A stretch of DNA of 6,536 bases from positions 1 through 6,536 of the forward strand of contig NJBF01000093.1 of NCBI GenBank assembly GCA_003144275.1, given 5' to 3'. The notes beneath the pieces were generated by a model that saw nothing but the letters and a program-made list of their open reading frames with translations, had not been told where the DNA came from and made no database searches. The position numbers and the translations under genes were made by a program. Positions 5,476 to 6,536 of this stretch are shown one piece after another (the stretch's first letter is position 1; each line of letters opens with the position of its first letter). The stretch is from Candidatus Heimdallarchaeota archaeon B3_Heim. GTDB lineage: Archaea > Asgardarchaeota > Heimdallarchaeia > Hodarchaeales > Hodarchaeaceae.

Positions 5476-6366
5476 TTAGAGGTAGGTTTCGGGTTCCTTT
5501 CTGTCTTGGTAGCCTTTATTCAGGTCGCTTTGTGATTTAAGGACGCGGCGGCTCATAACGCGTGCACCAGTGGGACAGTTTTTGACGCAGGCACAACACC
5601 AGATACATGCATTGTGGTCGGTAGAAATCAACCGAAGATTATAACCAATCATTGGTGAGGGATTGGATGACACATGTTGGATTCGTATCGCGGCCGTAGG
5701 GCATACATCGATACATGTTCCGCATTTCGTACATTGATCCTCGTTGGTGGAAGGAGTGGCTAATTTGCCGTAGTCGTACCAGGTGAGATTAGACCGCATC
5801 GACAACGAGTATGGGCTTGTACCAGGCGGAGTTACGGGGGAGAGGTTCTCAATCGTATCAGCTTTCGCATACTTGGCCCTTATCTGTTTTCCAAAGACTT
5901 CTGCTTTAGCCAGATCCTTTGCGTCCGGTCGTCCATGCGCGGTTGGCACCTCGGGGACGCTAAACGAGTGTTCACATAAGAAGACGCCAGCGGCAATGGG
6001 TTGGAATCCTACTTCCGAGACGATGTCACCTAATTCATATAGTGCATCCTCGTAGGCTCGGTTACCGTAGGTGACCACAATGACAACGGGGATTTTGTGT
6101 GGACGTTTGGCACCGTAGGGTTCCCGGTTGCTTGTTAGTCTGCGTATCCGATAGGCGGCTTCGGTGGGTACACGCCCCGCATAGACAGGTACGGATATGA
6201 TGGTGAGCTCATCGGTGGATTCTGGAAAATTCTGGGTTCGTGCACTCGGTGGGGTCAAATCGACATATTCTATGGGGGCTTGGATGCCTTTGGCGATGGT
6301 TTCAGCCACCTTTCTTGAGCCCCCGGTTGGGGAAAAACTGATGACTTTTACTGCCTTAATTTTCAA
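5476..6366 (-). CDS. EFR1-family 'ferrodoxin': N-terminal flavodoxin domain fused to a 2x[4Fe-4S] ferredoxin domain, 296 aa, TTG start
   Basis: FSPTGGS FMN loop, PVYAGRVP, VVTYGNRAYEDAL, CEHSFS, GRPDAKD; then CTKCGTCIDVCP and CIWCCACVKNCP cluster motifs. Confidence 0.9.
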   Translation of the reverse strand: MKIKAVKVISFSPTGGSRKVAETIAKGIQAPIEYVDLTPPSARTQNFPESTDELTIISVPVYAGRVPTEAAYRIRRLTSNREPYGAKRPHKIPVVIVVTYGNRAYEDALYELGDIVSEVGFQPIAAGVFLCEHSFSVPEVPTAHGRPDAKDLAKAEVFGKQIRAKYAKADTIENLSPVTPPGTSPYSLSMRSNLTWYDYGKLATPSTNEDQCTKCGTCIDVCPTAAIRIQHVSSNPSPMIGYNLRLISTDHNACIWCCACVKNCPTGARVMSRRVLKSQSDLNKGYQDRKEPETYL

Positions 6367-6372
6367 TCGAAA

Positions 6373-6411
6373 TTACCTCAAGTGGGTTTGAATTCCTCGA
6401 AGATATAAAAA
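6373..6411 (-). promoter_or_regulatory. TATA box and ribosome-binding site of the flavodoxin-ferredoxin gene
   Basis: Minus strand TTTTTATAT (6411-6403) and TGAGGTAA (6380-6373), which ends 6 nt before the TTG at 6366. Confidence 0.5.
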
Positions 6412-6423
6412 TCTAGCATGGTT

Positions 6424-6536
6424 TTAACATAAAGATCGGAGAAACGTCTTTCTGGAGTGAAAACGCTTCTTTGGACTATTAAAGCACCGTTGGGCACGGA
6501 CTTCATCATATTGATACCGATAAAGAGCGATGAGTT
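6424..6536 (-). CDS. Possible 3' end of an upstream gene (...LIALYRYQYDEVRAQRCFNSPKKRFHSRKTFLRSLC*); product unknown
   Basis: Stop-free frame from the window edge to TAA at 6424-6426, ending just before the putative TATA box; coding-like GC. A second minus frame is also open (to TGA at 6378), so the frame is uncertain. Confidence 0.25.
   Translation of the reverse strand, partial: LIALYRYQYDEVRAQRCFNSPKKRFHSRKTFLRSLC

Overview
The window holds four co-oriented minus-strand genes separated by long AT-rich spacers (about 520, 380 and 220 bp), so they are probably separate transcription units rather than one operon. They are: a BBE/6-hydroxy-D-nicotine-oxidase-type FAD oxidoreductase (374-1798); a membrane-anchored surface protein built from a NosD-like beta-helix, DxDxDG calcium-binding-type repeats, two Ig-like modules and a Thr-linker/TM/basic C-terminal tail (2318-3991); a fumarylacetoacetate-hydrolase-family enzyme (4372-5253); and an EFR1-type flavodoxin-2x[4Fe-4S] fusion (5476-6366). 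BRE/TATA-type promoters, GAGGT/GGAGG ribosome-binding sites and the surface-protein architecture point to an archaeon, plausibly Asgard (Heimdallarchaeia-like); this is inference. The main unexplained signals are an 18/20-identical direct repeat bracketing the surface-protein gene, a GC-rich two-hairpin element at the left edge downstream of a palindrome-flanked TATA-like box (possible 5' end of a structured RNA), near-identical in-frame repeats in the beta-helix, several operator-like palindromes and a sharp GC mosaic. I found no complete, clearly novel system. The best leads are a possibly swappable surface-protein cassette and an unidentified ncRNA.
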